Part shown: positions 36,948 through 46,257 of the stretch, in pieces | How positions within the stretch are numbered: position 1 is the first letter of the stretch | How the letters are laid out: every line of letters starts with the position of its first letter | Assembly (NCBI GenBank): GCA_963761655.1 | Contig: CAVXHI010000011.1 | Coordinates: 412,588-476,587 of the forward strand | From: an uncultured Actinomycetota bacterium | GTDB lineage: Bacteria; Actinomycetota; Actinomycetes; Mycobacteriales; SCTD01 | Direction: 5' to 3' | Length of the DNA stretch: 64,000 nucleotides | The notes under the pieces: generated by a model | Told to the model about the DNA's origin: nothing | The model's database searches: none | Seen by the model: only the letters and a program-made list of their open reading frames with translations | Translations under genes and position numbers: made by a program

Positions 36948-38321
36948 GAGTGGTTCGAGGTCCGGGAAGCGCCCGCACCCACGCCTGCCGCCTCGCGGAC
37001 GGACCCGTTCACGGACCGACCCCTGCCGTCCCGGGACCCTCGCCCGTCCCTCGTCGGGGCCGCGCCAGAACTCCCGCCCGGGGTCCCTGCCCCGCCGGTG
37101 CACGCGCTCGTCGCCGACCTGCAGGCCGCCGTCACCGCCCTCGCCGACGCGCAGGCCGACGGGCGGCTCGCGACCGGTTCGCTGGTCGACACCGCCGCCC
37201 TGCTGCGGACCGCCGAGGCCGTCGCAGGGCTCGCCCTGGTCGAGGTCGCCGGCGTGGACCGGAGCCGGTCCTACGCGGGCGTCGGCCGAGCGTCCGCGGC
37301 CGGCTGGGTCGGCGCGACACTGGGCGTCAGCGAGTCGGCAGCCCGGGCGAAGGTCGGTCTGTCCCGACGGCTGACCGAGGACCTGGCCCCGCTCGGCGCG
37401 CGCCTGTGCGCAGGCGGGACGACGGTGGGGCACTGCAGCGCCGTCGTGGGCGGCCTGCGCGGCGTCCGCCCCGAGGTCGTGTCCGAGAGCATGGCCCCGC
37501 TGCTCGACCTGACCGAGCTGCTCGACCCGCCGTCCCTGCACCGCGAGCTGCGCGAACGAGCCCTCGCCGTCAGCCCCGCGCTCGCCGAGGAGCAGCAGCG
37601 ACGGCAGCGGCAGCGGGTCGGGCTGACGGCCTCCGAACTGCTCGACGGCTGCGTCAGCGTCCACGGCCTGCTCGCGCCCGAAGGCGGTCAGGCCCTGCTC
37701 GCCGCTCTCGACGCCCTGGTCCACGGTGACCGCTCCGCCCGCGGCGAGGACGGCGAGCCCGACGTCCGCGACGCCCCCGCCCGCCGCGCCGACGCGCTCG
37801 CAGCCCTCGCCCAGCACGCCCTCGGCTGCACCGGCGCGCTGCCCGAGCACGCCGGGAGCCGCGCACAGGTCCACGTCGTCGTCCGGGCCGAGACACTGCT
37901 CGACACCACCCCGGGAAGCCCGCTGGCGACCTTCGCGGGCAGCCACGGCGTCCTCACCCGGCAGCAGCTGCTGCGCCTCGCCTGCGACGCCGACGTCAGC
38001 CGCGTGGTGCTCGACGCCGGTGGTGCGGTCCTCGACCTCGGACGCCAGACCCGCACCGTCACCCCCGCCCAGTACCGCGCCCTCGTCGCCCGGGACCGCG
38101 GCTGCGTCGTCAGGGGCTGCCGGCGGCGGCACAGCGAGTGCCAGGCGCACCACGTGCAGCACTGGGCGCTCGGCGGCCCGTCCGACCTCGGCAACTACGC
38201 GCTGGTCTGCCACCTGCACCACCACCAGCTGCACGAGGGCGAGCGCCGGCTGGAGCACCGGGACGGGCGGTGGCTGACGCCAGACGGCTACGACGACCCA
38301 GGGCCTGCACCACCGTTCTGA
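36939..38321 (+). CDS. DUF222 / HNH endonuclease (REP13E12-like family)
   Basis: 460 aa. DUF222-type N-region, then C-terminal RTVTPAQYRALVARDRGCVVRGC......CQAHHVQHW..GGPSDLGNYALVCHLHHHQLH. Confidence 0.88.
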   Translation: MFEEWFEVREAPAPTPAASRTDPFTDRPLPSRDPRPSLVGAAPELPPGVPAPPVHALVADLQAAVTALADAQADGRLATGSLVDTAALLRTAEAVAGLALVEVAGVDRSRSYAGVGRASAAGWVGATLGVSESAARAKVGLSRRLTEDLAPLGARLCAGGTTVGHCSAVVGGLRGVRPEVVSESMAPLLDLTELLDPPSLHRELRERALAVSPALAEEQQRRQRQRVGLTASELLDGCVSVHGLLAPEGGQALLAALDALVHGDRSARGEDGEPDVRDAPARRADALAALAQHALGCTGALPEHAGSRAQVHVVVRAETLLDTTPGSPLATFAGSHGVLTRQQLLRLACDADVSRVVLDAGGAVLDLGRQTRTVTPAQYRALVARDRGCVVRGCRRRHSECQAHHVQHWALGGPSDLGNYALVCHLHHHQLHEGERRLEHRDGRWLTPDGYDDPGPAPPF

Positions 38322-38385
38322 GCGCGCTGCACCAGGCGGCCGGCCCGCGGCCGGAGGAAGGACCCTGGCCGCCTACCCTCCGGTC

Positions 38386-38538
38386 ATGGCGCAGGAGATC
38401 GAGCCCGCCAGGCCGTCGACGCCTGCTCCGCGTGGCTGCGTGCTGGCCTTCCTCCTCGCGGTCGTGCTCGCCCTGGCGGCCCTGGTCGTCCTCGTCCTCG
38501 CGATGCAGCCCCGGTTCCCCGGCGCAGACCCCTTCTGA
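38386..38538 (+). CDS. Possible 50-aa single-TM peptide (weak call)
   Basis: ATG 38386. MAQEIEPARPSTPAPRGCVLAFLLAVVLALAALVVLVLAMQPRFPGADPF. No clear SD. Below the track size cutoff. Confidence 0.25.
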   Translation: MAQEIEPARPSTPAPRGCVLAFLLAVVLALAALVVLVLAMQPRFPGADPF

Positions 38539-38594
38539 CCAGGACGACGAAAGCCCTCGGGGACCGCTCCTCCGGCGACCGGTGCAGCGGCCGC

Positions 38595-39974
38595 TCAGCC
38601 GCGGATGAGCCCCAGGACCTCGTCCCGCACCTGCTCCATCGCCGCCTGGTCCTTCGCCTCGGCGTTCAGACGCAGCAGCGGCTCGGTGTTGCTCGCCCGC
38701 ACGTTGAACCAGGAGCCGTCGCCGAGGTCGACGGTGAGGCCGTCGAGCTCGTCCTGGGGCCGGTCGGCGTACCGGGCCTTGATCTCGGCGACCTTCGCGG
38801 CCTGGTCGGCGACGGTCGAGTTGATCTCGCCGCTCGGCACGTACCGCGTGTACCGGGTCAGCAGCGACGAGAGCGTGCCGTCCTGGCCTCCGAGGGCGGC
38901 GAGGGCGTGCAGGGCGGCGAGCATGCCGGAGTCGGCGTTCCAGAAGTCGCGGAAGTAGAAGTGGCCGGAGTGCTCACCGCCGAAGACGGCGCCGGTGCGG
39001 GCCATCTCGGCCTTGATGAACGAGTGCCCGACCCGGGTGCGGACCGGGGTCCCGCCGTTCTCGGTGACGACCTCCGGCACGGAGCGGCTGGTGATGAGGT
39101 TGTGGATGATCGTGCTGCCGGGCTCGCGGGCCAGCTCGCGCTCGGCGATCAGGGCGGTCAGCGTCGACGGGCTGACGATCTCGCCGCGCTCGTCGATGAC
39201 GAAGCAGCGGTCGGCGTCGCCGTCGAAGGCGAGGCCGAGGTCGGCACCCTCGGCCAGCACGCGCGCCTGCAGGTCGGCGGTGTTGGCGGGGTCGATCGGG
39301 TTGGCCTCGTGGTTCGGGAAGCTGCCGTCGAGCTCGTAGTACATCTCGGTCGTGGTCAGCGGCAGGCCCTCGAAGACGGTCGGGACGGTGAAGCCGCCCA
39401 TGCCGTTGCCGCAGTCGACGACGACCTTCAGCGGCCGGACCGCGTCCAGGCCGGGCACCAGGCCCTTGAGGTAGGCGGCGTAGTCGGCGAGCAGGTCCGT
39501 CGTGGTCACCGAGCCGCGCGCCTCGGCCGCGGGCACGCCGTCGTCGAGGAAGCGCTCGGCGTCCGTGCGGATCTGGACCAGCCCGCTCTCCTGGCCGATC
39601 GGCTTCGCTCCCGCGAGGCACATCTTGATGCCGTTGTACTGGGCCGGGTTGTGGCTGGCGGTGAACATCGCGCCGGGGATGTCGAGGATGCCGGCCGCGT
39701 AGTAGAGGAGGTCGGTCGAGCCCATGCCGGCGTCGACGACGTCCACGCCCTGGCTGGTGACGCCCTCGGCGAAGGCCGCTCCGAGCTCGACGCCGCTCTC
39801 GCGCATGTCCCGCGCGACGACGACCCGGGGAGCCCCGGCACCCTGCTCACGGTCGCCACAGGCGAACAGGGCGAAGGCGGCCCCGAGGGCGCGGGCGGTG
39901 TCGGCGTCGAGCTGGTCGGGGACGGTGCCCCGGACGTCGTAGGCCTTGACGATGTTCGAGAGGTCGCGGGTCAC
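38595..39974 (-). CDS. manB: Phosphomannomutase/phosphoglucomutase
   Basis: 459 aa. Phosphoserine loop TASHNPAQYNGIK, metal loop AFDGDADRCF, GGEHSGH. Confidence 0.95.
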   Translation of the reverse strand: MTRDLSNIVKAYDVRGTVPDQLDADTARALGAAFALFACGDREQGAGAPRVVVARDMRESGVELGAAFAEGVTSQGVDVVDAGMGSTDLLYYAAGILDIPGAMFTASHNPAQYNGIKMCLAGAKPIGQESGLVQIRTDAERFLDDGVPAAEARGSVTTTDLLADYAAYLKGLVPGLDAVRPLKVVVDCGNGMGGFTVPTVFEGLPLTTTEMYYELDGSFPNHEANPIDPANTADLQARVLAEGADLGLAFDGDADRCFVIDERGEIVSPSTLTALIAERELAREPGSTIIHNLITSRSVPEVVTENGGTPVRTRVGHSFIKAEMARTGAVFGGEHSGHFYFRDFWNADSGMLAALHALAALGGQDGTLSSLLTRYTRYVPSGEINSTVADQAAKVAEIKARYADRPQDELDGLTVDLGDGSWFNVRASNTEPLLRLNAEAKDQAAMEQVRDEVLGLIRG

Positions 39975-39993
39975 CCCGCGACCCTAGCGGGGG

Positions 39994-40200
39994 CTACTTG
40001 TGCTTCTGGGCCTTGGCCAGGACGGTCGGGCGGTCCAGGACGACGCCGCCCTGGGTCCAGGTCTTGTGCTCGCAGCTGTGGCAGGACGCGAAGTCGACGA
40101 CCGAGCCGTCGGTCAGGGTCATCGTGATCTCGGTGACGCGCGTCCCCGTGCAGCGGGTGCAGGTGGCGAGCTGGCTGGCGGGGGTGGTCACGAGGGACAC
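39994..40200 (-). CDS. Small zinc-ribbon-like protein (CxxC...CxxC)
   Basis: 68 aa. CTRCTG...SCHSCEH with a basic C-terminus. Sits between manB and the DUF3499 gene. Confidence 0.6.
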   Translation of the reverse strand: MSLVTTPASQLATCTRCTGTRVTEITMTLTDGSVVDFASCHSCEHKTWTQGGVVLDRPTVLAKAQKHK

Positions 40201-40299
40201 GGGGAGCTCCAGGGCGGCGTTCGGGCGAGGTCTGCTGACCCTTTCGGCGCAACGCGGAGATCCTTGAGGATGCGGCGTGTCGGGGACGAACCGGACGGA

Positions 40300-40680
40300 C
40301 TACCCCAGAGAGGGCAGGGCACGCAGGTGCCCGCGCCGCCCGGTGCCGCCGTCGCGCGGGTCGACGCCGCCTCCGGGGCCGTCCGGACCGCCGGGGCGCC
40401 GGGCCGGCCGGGCGGCCTCGCGGACGGCGTCGGCGAGCGCCTCGAGGTCGTCGCTGGAGCGGACGGCGGGGCTCGTCGTGCTGGGGTCGTGGCGGACGAC
40501 CTCCCAGCCGCGCGGGACCGTGAGCCGGGCGGCGTGCGCGGCACACAGGTCGTAGCAGTGCGGCTCCGCGTGCGTGGCGAGCGGGCCGACGACCGCGGTC
40601 GAGTCGGCGTACACGTAGGTCAGCGTGGCGACGGCGGCCTGGCCGCACCCGCTGCGCGAGCAGCGCCGCACCGGGCTCAC
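40300..40680 (-). CDS. DUF3499 domain-containing protein (Rv3258c-like)
   Basis: RRCSRSGCGQAAVATLTYVYADSTAVVGPLATHAEPHCYDLCAAHAARLTVPRGWEVV. Confidence 0.85.
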   Translation of the reverse strand: MSPVRRCSRSGCGQAAVATLTYVYADSTAVVGPLATHAEPHCYDLCAAHAARLTVPRGWEVVRHDPSTTSPAVRSSDDLEALADAVREAARPARRPGGPDGPGGGVDPRDGGTGRRGHLRALPSLG

Positions 40681-40827
40681 CTGCGCACCGCCGAAGGACC
40701 GCTCACGGGCGGGACGTTAGCGCGGCTCCGCCCGGGGAGGGCCGTGTCGCGCACGCCACAGCCGTGCCGCCCGTCCGGGTCGTGCCCCCGTCCGGCCCGT
40801 CGGGCCCGGTCGCGCCCGTCCTGCTCC

Positions 40828-40833
40828 TACGCT
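40828..40833 (+). promoter_or_regulatory. -10 element (TACGCT) for a leaderless transcript
   Basis: TACGCT, then 6 nt, then GTG 40840. Confidence 0.4.
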
Positions 40834-40839
40834 GCCGAG

Positions 40840-41358
40840 GTGACCGCGCCCGCAGGACGTCGCCCGTCGGTCGGGGCCCGTCGTCGCGACCGCCACGGCC
40901 GCGGCCTGCGCAGCCCCCTGCTCCCCCGCGACGTCGTCGTCGGCGGCCGCACGGTCCGCGTCCCGGCGGCGCAGACCCGCGGCGAGCGCTTCGACGACCT
41001 CGTCCTGGACGCCGTCGAGGCGCTCGAGGCCCGCTGGGGCGAGCAGCTCAAGGGCGTCGAGTTCGCCGTCGAGGACGTCCCGCCCGTCGGCGCCGACCCG
41101 TCCGCGTTCGCCTTCGACGACGACGTCGTCACCGACGACACCGCCGGCGGCGCGGTCCCCCTGGGCCGGCTGCTCCCCGGTGGGCGCGACCGCTCCGGCC
41201 GCTCGACGTCGCCCCGCGTGGTCGTCTACCGCCGGCCCCTCGAGGCCCGGGCGGCCGACCGGCTCGACCTCGCCGACCTCGTGCACGACGTCGTCGTCGA
41301 CCAGGTGGCCCGGCTGCTGGGCCTGGACCCGGACGACGTCGACGGGCCGCGGCGCTAG
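40840..41358 (+). CDS. Zincin-like metallopeptidase-family protein (Rv3259-like, DUF1025 type)
   Basis: 172 aa from GTG 40840. FDDLVLDAVEALEARWGEQL...VVVYRRPLEARA...LADLVHDVVVDQVARLLGLD. Confidence 0.7.
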   Translation: MTAPAGRRPSVGARRRDRHGRGLRSPLLPRDVVVGGRTVRVPAAQTRGERFDDLVLDAVEALEARWGEQLKGVEFAVEDVPPVGADPSAFAFDDDVVTDDTAGGAVPLGRLLPGGRDRSGRSTSPRVVVYRRPLEARAADRLDLADLVHDVVVDQVARLLGLDPDDVDGPRR

Positions 41359-42854
41359 CCGGGAGCCCCCACCGCAGGGTCCTGCTGCACGGCTGGACGG
41401 ACCACGCTCCCGGGCGCGGCGCGGAGCACCAGCAGGGTCGACAGCGGGCCCTGCTCCCCCCGCTCGCGCAGGTACCGGGACCCCACCACCGGCGCCGACC
41501 CGGCCAGCGGCGTCACCGCGACGGCGAGCCGGCCCGTGCTCCCGCGCGGCAGGAACGACGACAGCCGCAGGGCGACCGTCCGTCCGGACGGCACGACCAC
41601 GGTCCTCCCGGCCGGCAGCCGCCCTCCCACGCCGACGATCCGCACCGGGGCCACCTGCACGCGCGCGTCACCGTCGAAGGCGCTCAGCAGGACGGTGCTC
41701 TGGGTCGGGCGGTCGAGGACGACGTCGGTGACCAGCGCCGGACCGGCCAGGGGCGTGGCCGCGCCGCTCCAGGCCAGCTCGCGCACCGGCCCGTCGGGCA
41801 CCCCCGGCCGGGCGTACTGCGCGTCGACCACCAGGCCGGACGCCAGCACCGGTCCGCCCTCCGACACCACCCGCACCGACGCCGGCGTCCCGGCCAGCTG
41901 CTCGGTGAGCTCCTGCGCGACGACGAGGCCCGCGGGCACCGGCACGGCCTCCAGGCCGGACGGCGTCACCAGGCCGTCCGAGGTCGCCAGCTGCAGGGAC
42001 ACGACCGTGTCCTCGGTGCCCGGGTTCGCCACCAGGACGGTGCGGCGTCCGGGGCCGGCGGGCAGTCCCGCGACGACGACCGTGCGCGACGGCGTCCCCG
42101 CCGGCGGGACCCAGTCGCTGCCGCGCGGCACCCGGCCGTCGAACCGGGCGTGCCGGACCCCGGCGGCGAACCGTCCCTGCACCGCCCGGACGTGGACGGC
42201 GAGCAGGTCGCGGTCCGGGGCGAGCCGGTCGAGGGGGACGGCCGTGCGGGCGTGCGGCCCGACGGCGATGCCGCGCCCCGGCCGTGCGTCGACCCGGCCG
42301 GACGCGGTCTGCACGGCGACGTCGACGACGGCCGGGGCGTCGTCGGGGTTGGTGAGCAGCAGGGTCGTGCTGTCGCCGACGGTGGTGGCGCCGCCGAGCC
42401 ACCAGCCGTCGGTCAGCGGCGCCTCGCAGCGCGTGGCCGCGAGCCCGCGCTGGCTGCCGGAGCTGCCCCGAGTGACCTGCTCGACCTCGAGGCCACCCGC
42501 GACCGCCCCGCGGGCCCGCACGAGCAGGGCGTCGCCGTCGAGCTGCTGGGCCAGGCCCACCGCCACCTGGCCGGTCCCGGTCAGCGCCAGCGGGACGGGC
42601 GCCCCGGACCGGGCGAGCGCCCGGGCGTCGGCCCCGCCCGCACCGGGAGGTCCGGGGGCGACGCCGGCGCTGACCCGCGTCCGGAGGACGGGCGGCACCT
42701 GGCGCAGGTCGGGGCAGACGGCCTCGGCGGCCACGACGGCGACCCGCCGGGCGGCAGAGGTGCGGACGGCGGGCACCGGGACGAGCTCCCCGACGACGAC
42801 GAGCAGGGCGAGCAGTCCGGCGAGCAGGAGCGCCGGGGCGGGCCGCCGGGTCAC
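41355..42854 (-). CDS. DUF5719-family secreted/anchored protein
   Basis: 499 aa from GTG 42854 (GTGA overlap with the GT2 gene). N-terminal TM. Repetitive beta-rich body. The usual partner of the upstream membrane glycosyltransferase. Confidence 0.75.
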   Translation of the reverse strand: MTRRPAPALLLAGLLALLVVVGELVPVPAVRTSAARRVAVVAAEAVCPDLRQVPPVLRTRVSAGVAPGPPGAGGADARALARSGAPVPLALTGTGQVAVGLAQQLDGDALLVRARGAVAGGLEVEQVTRGSSGSQRGLAATRCEAPLTDGWWLGGATTVGDSTTLLLTNPDDAPAVVDVAVQTASGRVDARPGRGIAVGPHARTAVPLDRLAPDRDLLAVHVRAVQGRFAAGVRHARFDGRVPRGSDWVPPAGTPSRTVVVAGLPAGPGRRTVLVANPGTEDTVVSLQLATSDGLVTPSGLEAVPVPAGLVVAQELTEQLAGTPASVRVVSEGGPVLASGLVVDAQYARPGVPDGPVRELAWSGAATPLAGPALVTDVVLDRPTQSTVLLSAFDGDARVQVAPVRIVGVGGRLPAGRTVVVPSGRTVALRLSSFLPRGSTGRLAVAVTPLAGSAPVVGSRYLRERGEQGPLSTLLVLRAAPGSVVRPAVQQDPAVGAPG

Positions 42855-45727
42855 GGTCGGCCCCCCGGGCCGGCCACGACGGCCGCCCCGACCAGCAGCA
42901 GTGCCTGTCCGGCGAGCAGCAGCCCCCGGTGCCCCTCGTCGTGGCGCACCACGACCCGGCCGCCCGTGGGGGGCAGCACGAAGGCCTGCGCCCAGCCCCA
43001 GGCGGGGACGCCGCGGAGCGGTCGCCCGGCCAGGGTCGCCGTCCAGCCGCGGCCGGCCGGCCGGGCGAGCACGAGCAGCCGCCCCGCCGGCCCCGGGCCG
43101 AGGGACCTGCCGACGGGCACGGGCGGCGACGTCCGCAGCAGGTCGGGGTCCGGTCCGGGGTCGCCCAGGCGGGCGGCGGCCGCAGCGGCCGGCGGCAGGA
43201 CCAGCAGCAGGGAGGTCGGCGCCGAGACCTGCCACAGCGACCCCTGCCCCCGGCGGACCAGGCCCGCCTGCCCGTCCAGGGTCGCGACCAGGGCGGGGCT
43301 GCTCCCCCGCACGGCGACGTAGCGGACGGCCCGGGTCGAGAGCGCCGGGACACCGCCGCGACCGCTGGCGAGGTCGGCGACCACGCCCCCCAGGCGGCTG
43401 GCGTCGGGGGCGTCGCCCAGGCGGGCGCCCTGCCCGCCCACGACGGCGTACCGCAGCGGCCGGCCCGGGGCGGCCTGCAGGACGAGCGCCCGGACGCCGG
43501 GCTGCTCGGCCAGCTCGGCGCGCGCGAAGGCCGGCAGGGCGGGGGCGGCGTCGCGGCGGAGCGGTCCGTCGGCGCCCCGGACCACCCAGCCGGCCCCGAG
43601 CAGCACGGGGGTGACGGCGGCGAGGACGGCGACGCCACCGGCCAGCAGCTGCCGGGCACCGAACGCCTCCCGCTGCAGGCGCCCGCGCAGCCCCTCACCG
43701 CCGACGACGGCCGCCACGAGGAGCCCCGCCGCGGCCAGCTGCAGCGCGGGACCGGGCCACACCCGGGCCCCGTCGACGGACAGGCGGACCAGCACCCCGG
43801 CCGCGGCAAGGGAGGCCAGGGTGGTGAGCCAGCCGAGGACGGCGGTGCGCCGTCGACGCCCGCGGCGGGAGGTCCCGGCCAGGGCGGCGAGCACCAGGCC
43901 CGCCGTCAGGGCCTGCGCGGGCAGACCGGGGCCGCCCGGGTGCAGCAGGGCGAGGCCGAGCCCCCCGACCGGCTCGGCGAGGTCGGCGCCCGCCGGCCAC
44001 GGCCCTCGGAGCACCTGTCCCGGGGAGCGCAGCAACGACGCCGACCACGGCAGCAGGACGAGCAGCGGCACCGCGAGGGCGAGGCCGACCGGGCGCAGCC
44101 GCGGCCCGACCGGGACGTCGTCGAGGCGGCCCCCGAGCGCCCCGGCCAGCAGCAGGACAGCGGCCAGGGGCCACAGCAGCGGGGTCGCGGCGACGAGGAC
44201 CGCGAGGAGCAGGCCGGTCCGCGCGGCGAGGCGTCCGCCGTCGGGGGCGCGGTCCCGGGCGAGCAGCCGGACGCCGAGCAGCAGCAGCGGCGGCAGCAGG
44301 ACCTGGCCGAGGGCGGTGTCCAGGCGTCCGGCCGCGACCGCCCCCGTCGCCACCGGGAGCAGCGCCCAGGTCGCCGCCGCCCACGCCCGCAGCGCCCGGC
44401 CGCGCACCAGCGGTGCGGCGCACCCGTACGCCGACAGCGCCGCCAGCGGCACGGACAGCAGGACGACGACGTCGACGGCGGCCCGGGCGCTCCCGAGCAG
44501 CGGACCGGCGAGGACAGCCAGCAGGGCGAGGACCGGCGGGGCGCCCGTCCGGCCGTAGGCGTCCCACAGGTCGGTCGCTCCGGGGGGCGCGGGGAGCAGC
44601 CGGCCGCCGGCGAGGACGGGGCCGGTCCCGGGCAGCAGGGACCGTTCGGCCAGGACGGCCACGACCAGCAGGCCGAGCCCCAGCAGGAGGCCCGGCCGCT
44701 GCCGCAGCGGCACCGGCGAGCGCTGCGGCAGGCGGGCGCCCAGACCGGTGAGGGTCTCCAGGACGCGGGTGCGGCGTCGGGCGACCAGGGGCCGGAGCGA
44801 CCGGGCGGGGACCCGTCGGGCTCCGGCCCGCGTCGACCGGGCCGGACCCGGACGCACGGCGAGGGCGCGGAGCTCGTCGGCGGCGTCGCCGGGGCAGCGG
44901 GACAGCAGCAGGAGCAGCGCCCGGAGCAGCCCGGTGACGAGCACCCCCAGCACGGCCAGCGGCAGGACCGGGGCGAAGGCCAGCCGGAGGCGGACGGCCT
45001 GCTGCCGGTCGACGGCCGCGAGGCGGCGTCCGTCGAGGGCGTCGGGCTCCCGGAGCCCGACCGCGAGGGCCCGGGCGTGCTGCACGACCGCTGCCGGGAC
45101 CACGACGACGCGGCCGCCGAACCCGTTGACCCGCCAGCCGAGGTCGACGTCGTCGCGGCCGAGCGGCAGCGCGGGGTCGAGCCCCCCGACGGCGTCCCAG
45201 ACGTCCCGCCGGACGAGCGCCCCGGCCGTGCCGACGGCCAGGACGTCGCGGACGGCGTCGTGCTGGCCCTGGTCCGGCTCGCCGGGCTCGAGGACCCGCA
45301 CCAGGACGCCGTCGCCGTCGACGGTGAGGCCGGCCTCGACGACCCGGCGGGGGTCGTCCCAGGAGACGGCCTTCGGCCCGAGCAGGACCGCGCTCGGGTC
45401 GGCGTCGGCGTGGGCGAGCAGGGCCTGCAGCGCGTCCGGGGCCGGGGCGCTGTCGTCGTGGAGCAGCCACAGCCAGCGGCTCGGGGGTGCCGCGGCGAGC
45501 CCGGCCCGGACGGCGGCCGGGTACCCGGCGCCGCGCGGCAGCGGGACGACGGCGTCGCAGGCGGCGGCCAGCAGGTGCGGGGAGGCGTCCCGGCTGCCGG
45601 TGTCGACGCCGACGACGGCGGCCGGCCGGGTGGTGGAGGCCTGCAGGGCGGCCAGCGTGCGGGGCAGCCAGCCGGCGCCGTCGTGGGCGACGAGGACGAC
45701 GACGACGTCGACAGGACCGGAGGGCAT
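42851..45727 (-). CDS. Family 2 glycosyltransferase fused to a large polytopic membrane domain
   Basis: 958 aa from MPSGPVDVVVVLVAHDGAGWL. GT-A core with LLHDDSAP, then more than 12 TM helices. Confidence 0.88.
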   Translation of the reverse strand: MPSGPVDVVVVLVAHDGAGWLPRTLAALQASTTRPAAVVGVDTGSRDASPHLLAAACDAVVPLPRGAGYPAAVRAGLAAAPPSRWLWLLHDDSAPAPDALQALLAHADADPSAVLLGPKAVSWDDPRRVVEAGLTVDGDGVLVRVLEPGEPDQGQHDAVRDVLAVGTAGALVRRDVWDAVGGLDPALPLGRDDVDLGWRVNGFGGRVVVVPAAVVQHARALAVGLREPDALDGRRLAAVDRQQAVRLRLAFAPVLPLAVLGVLVTGLLRALLLLLSRCPGDAADELRALAVRPGPARSTRAGARRVPARSLRPLVARRRTRVLETLTGLGARLPQRSPVPLRQRPGLLLGLGLLVVAVLAERSLLPGTGPVLAGGRLLPAPPGATDLWDAYGRTGAPPVLALLAVLAGPLLGSARAAVDVVVLLSVPLAALSAYGCAAPLVRGRALRAWAAATWALLPVATGAVAAGRLDTALGQVLLPPLLLLGVRLLARDRAPDGGRLAARTGLLLAVLVAATPLLWPLAAVLLLAGALGGRLDDVPVGPRLRPVGLALAVPLLVLLPWSASLLRSPGQVLRGPWPAGADLAEPVGGLGLALLHPGGPGLPAQALTAGLVLAALAGTSRRGRRRRTAVLGWLTTLASLAAAGVLVRLSVDGARVWPGPALQLAAAGLLVAAVVGGEGLRGRLQREAFGARQLLAGGVAVLAAVTPVLLGAGWVVRGADGPLRRDAAPALPAFARAELAEQPGVRALVLQAAPGRPLRYAVVGGQGARLGDAPDASRLGGVVADLASGRGGVPALSTRAVRYVAVRGSSPALVATLDGQAGLVRRGQGSLWQVSAPTSLLLVLPPAAAAAARLGDPGPDPDLLRTSPPVPVGRSLGPGPAGRLLVLARPAGRGWTATLAGRPLRGVPAWGWAQAFVLPPTGGRVVVRHDEGHRGLLLAGQALLLVGAAVVAGPGGRP

Positions 45728-45788
45728 CGGACCCGAGGCTAGGCGGGTCGAGGAGGGTCGAGCGGGGGGAGGACCGGGCGGTCGGGCG

Positions 45789-46070
45789 TCAGACGGCGAG
45801 ACGCTTGAGGCGGCGGCGCTCGCGCTCGGACAGCCCGCCCCAGATGCCGAAGCGCTCGTCCTGGCCCAGCGCGTACTCGAGGCAGTCGGCCTTGACCTCG
45901 CAGCCGACGCAGATGCGCTTGGCCTCGCGGGTCGAGCCGCCCTTCTCCGGGAAGAACGCCTCCGGGTCGGTCTGCGCGCACAGGGCCTGCTGCTGCCAGC
46001 CGAGCAGCCCCTCGTCGTCGAGCGGGACCTCGTCGGACCCCGTGTAGGGCACCAGCTGCAGCTCGTCCAT
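45789..46070 (-). CDS. whiB: WhiB-family (WhiB2/WhiB-type) Fe-S transcription factor
   Basis: 93 aa from MDELQLV. C..(x)..CVGCEVKADC cluster, GIWGG turn, RRRLKR tail. GAGGAG precedes the ATG. Confidence 0.95.
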   Translation of the reverse strand: MDELQLVPYTGSDEVPLDDEGLLGWQQQALCAQTDPEAFFPEKGGSTREAKRICVGCEVKADCLEYALGQDERFGIWGGLSERERRRLKRLAV

Positions 46071-46162
46071 GTCGACTCCTCGTCGCTGAGCGCGTGACCC
46101 GGCCGAACGCCGGTCCACCAGGGACGTGTCTCCCGTGTACCCCGGTCGGGGGTCCACGGAGG

Positions 46163-46208
46163 GGAACGACACGTCATGAATTACACGCGTGTCGTTCCTC
46201 AGAGTCAA
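46163..46208 (-). promoter_or_regulatory. whiB promoter (TTGACT-17-TGTAAT) bracketed by a perfect 11-bp inverted repeat
   Basis: -35 at 46208-46203 and -10 at 46185-46180 (minus strand). Inverted-repeat arms GGAACGACACG (46163-46173) and CGTGTCGTTCC (46188-46198). This is a local AT-rich dip. Confidence 0.6.
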
Positions 46209-46229
46209 GCGCTTCCCGGAGAACCACCC

Positions 46230-46247
46230 GGCCACCTGAGGGTGGCC
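46230..46247 (-). terminator. Hairpin terminator candidate after the coiled-coil gene
   Basis: GGCCACC-TGAG-GGTGGCC, a perfect 7-bp stem with a 4-nt loop, 11 nt past the stop at 46258. Confidence 0.5.
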
Positions 46248-46257
46248 TCGAGCCGGG

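Noticed and set aside
29817-38321. Prophage or integrative element spanning the cassette and DUF222-HNH gene
   Set aside because: No integrase, transposase, tRNA target or flanking direct repeats were seen. Housekeeping genes (CDF transporter, SIS isomerase, Trm112) sit between the two HNH genes.
46163-46208. BldD box (TNAC-N5-GTNA) in the whiB promoter
   Set aside because: No match was found on either strand when read by eye. The inverted repeat has a different sequence.
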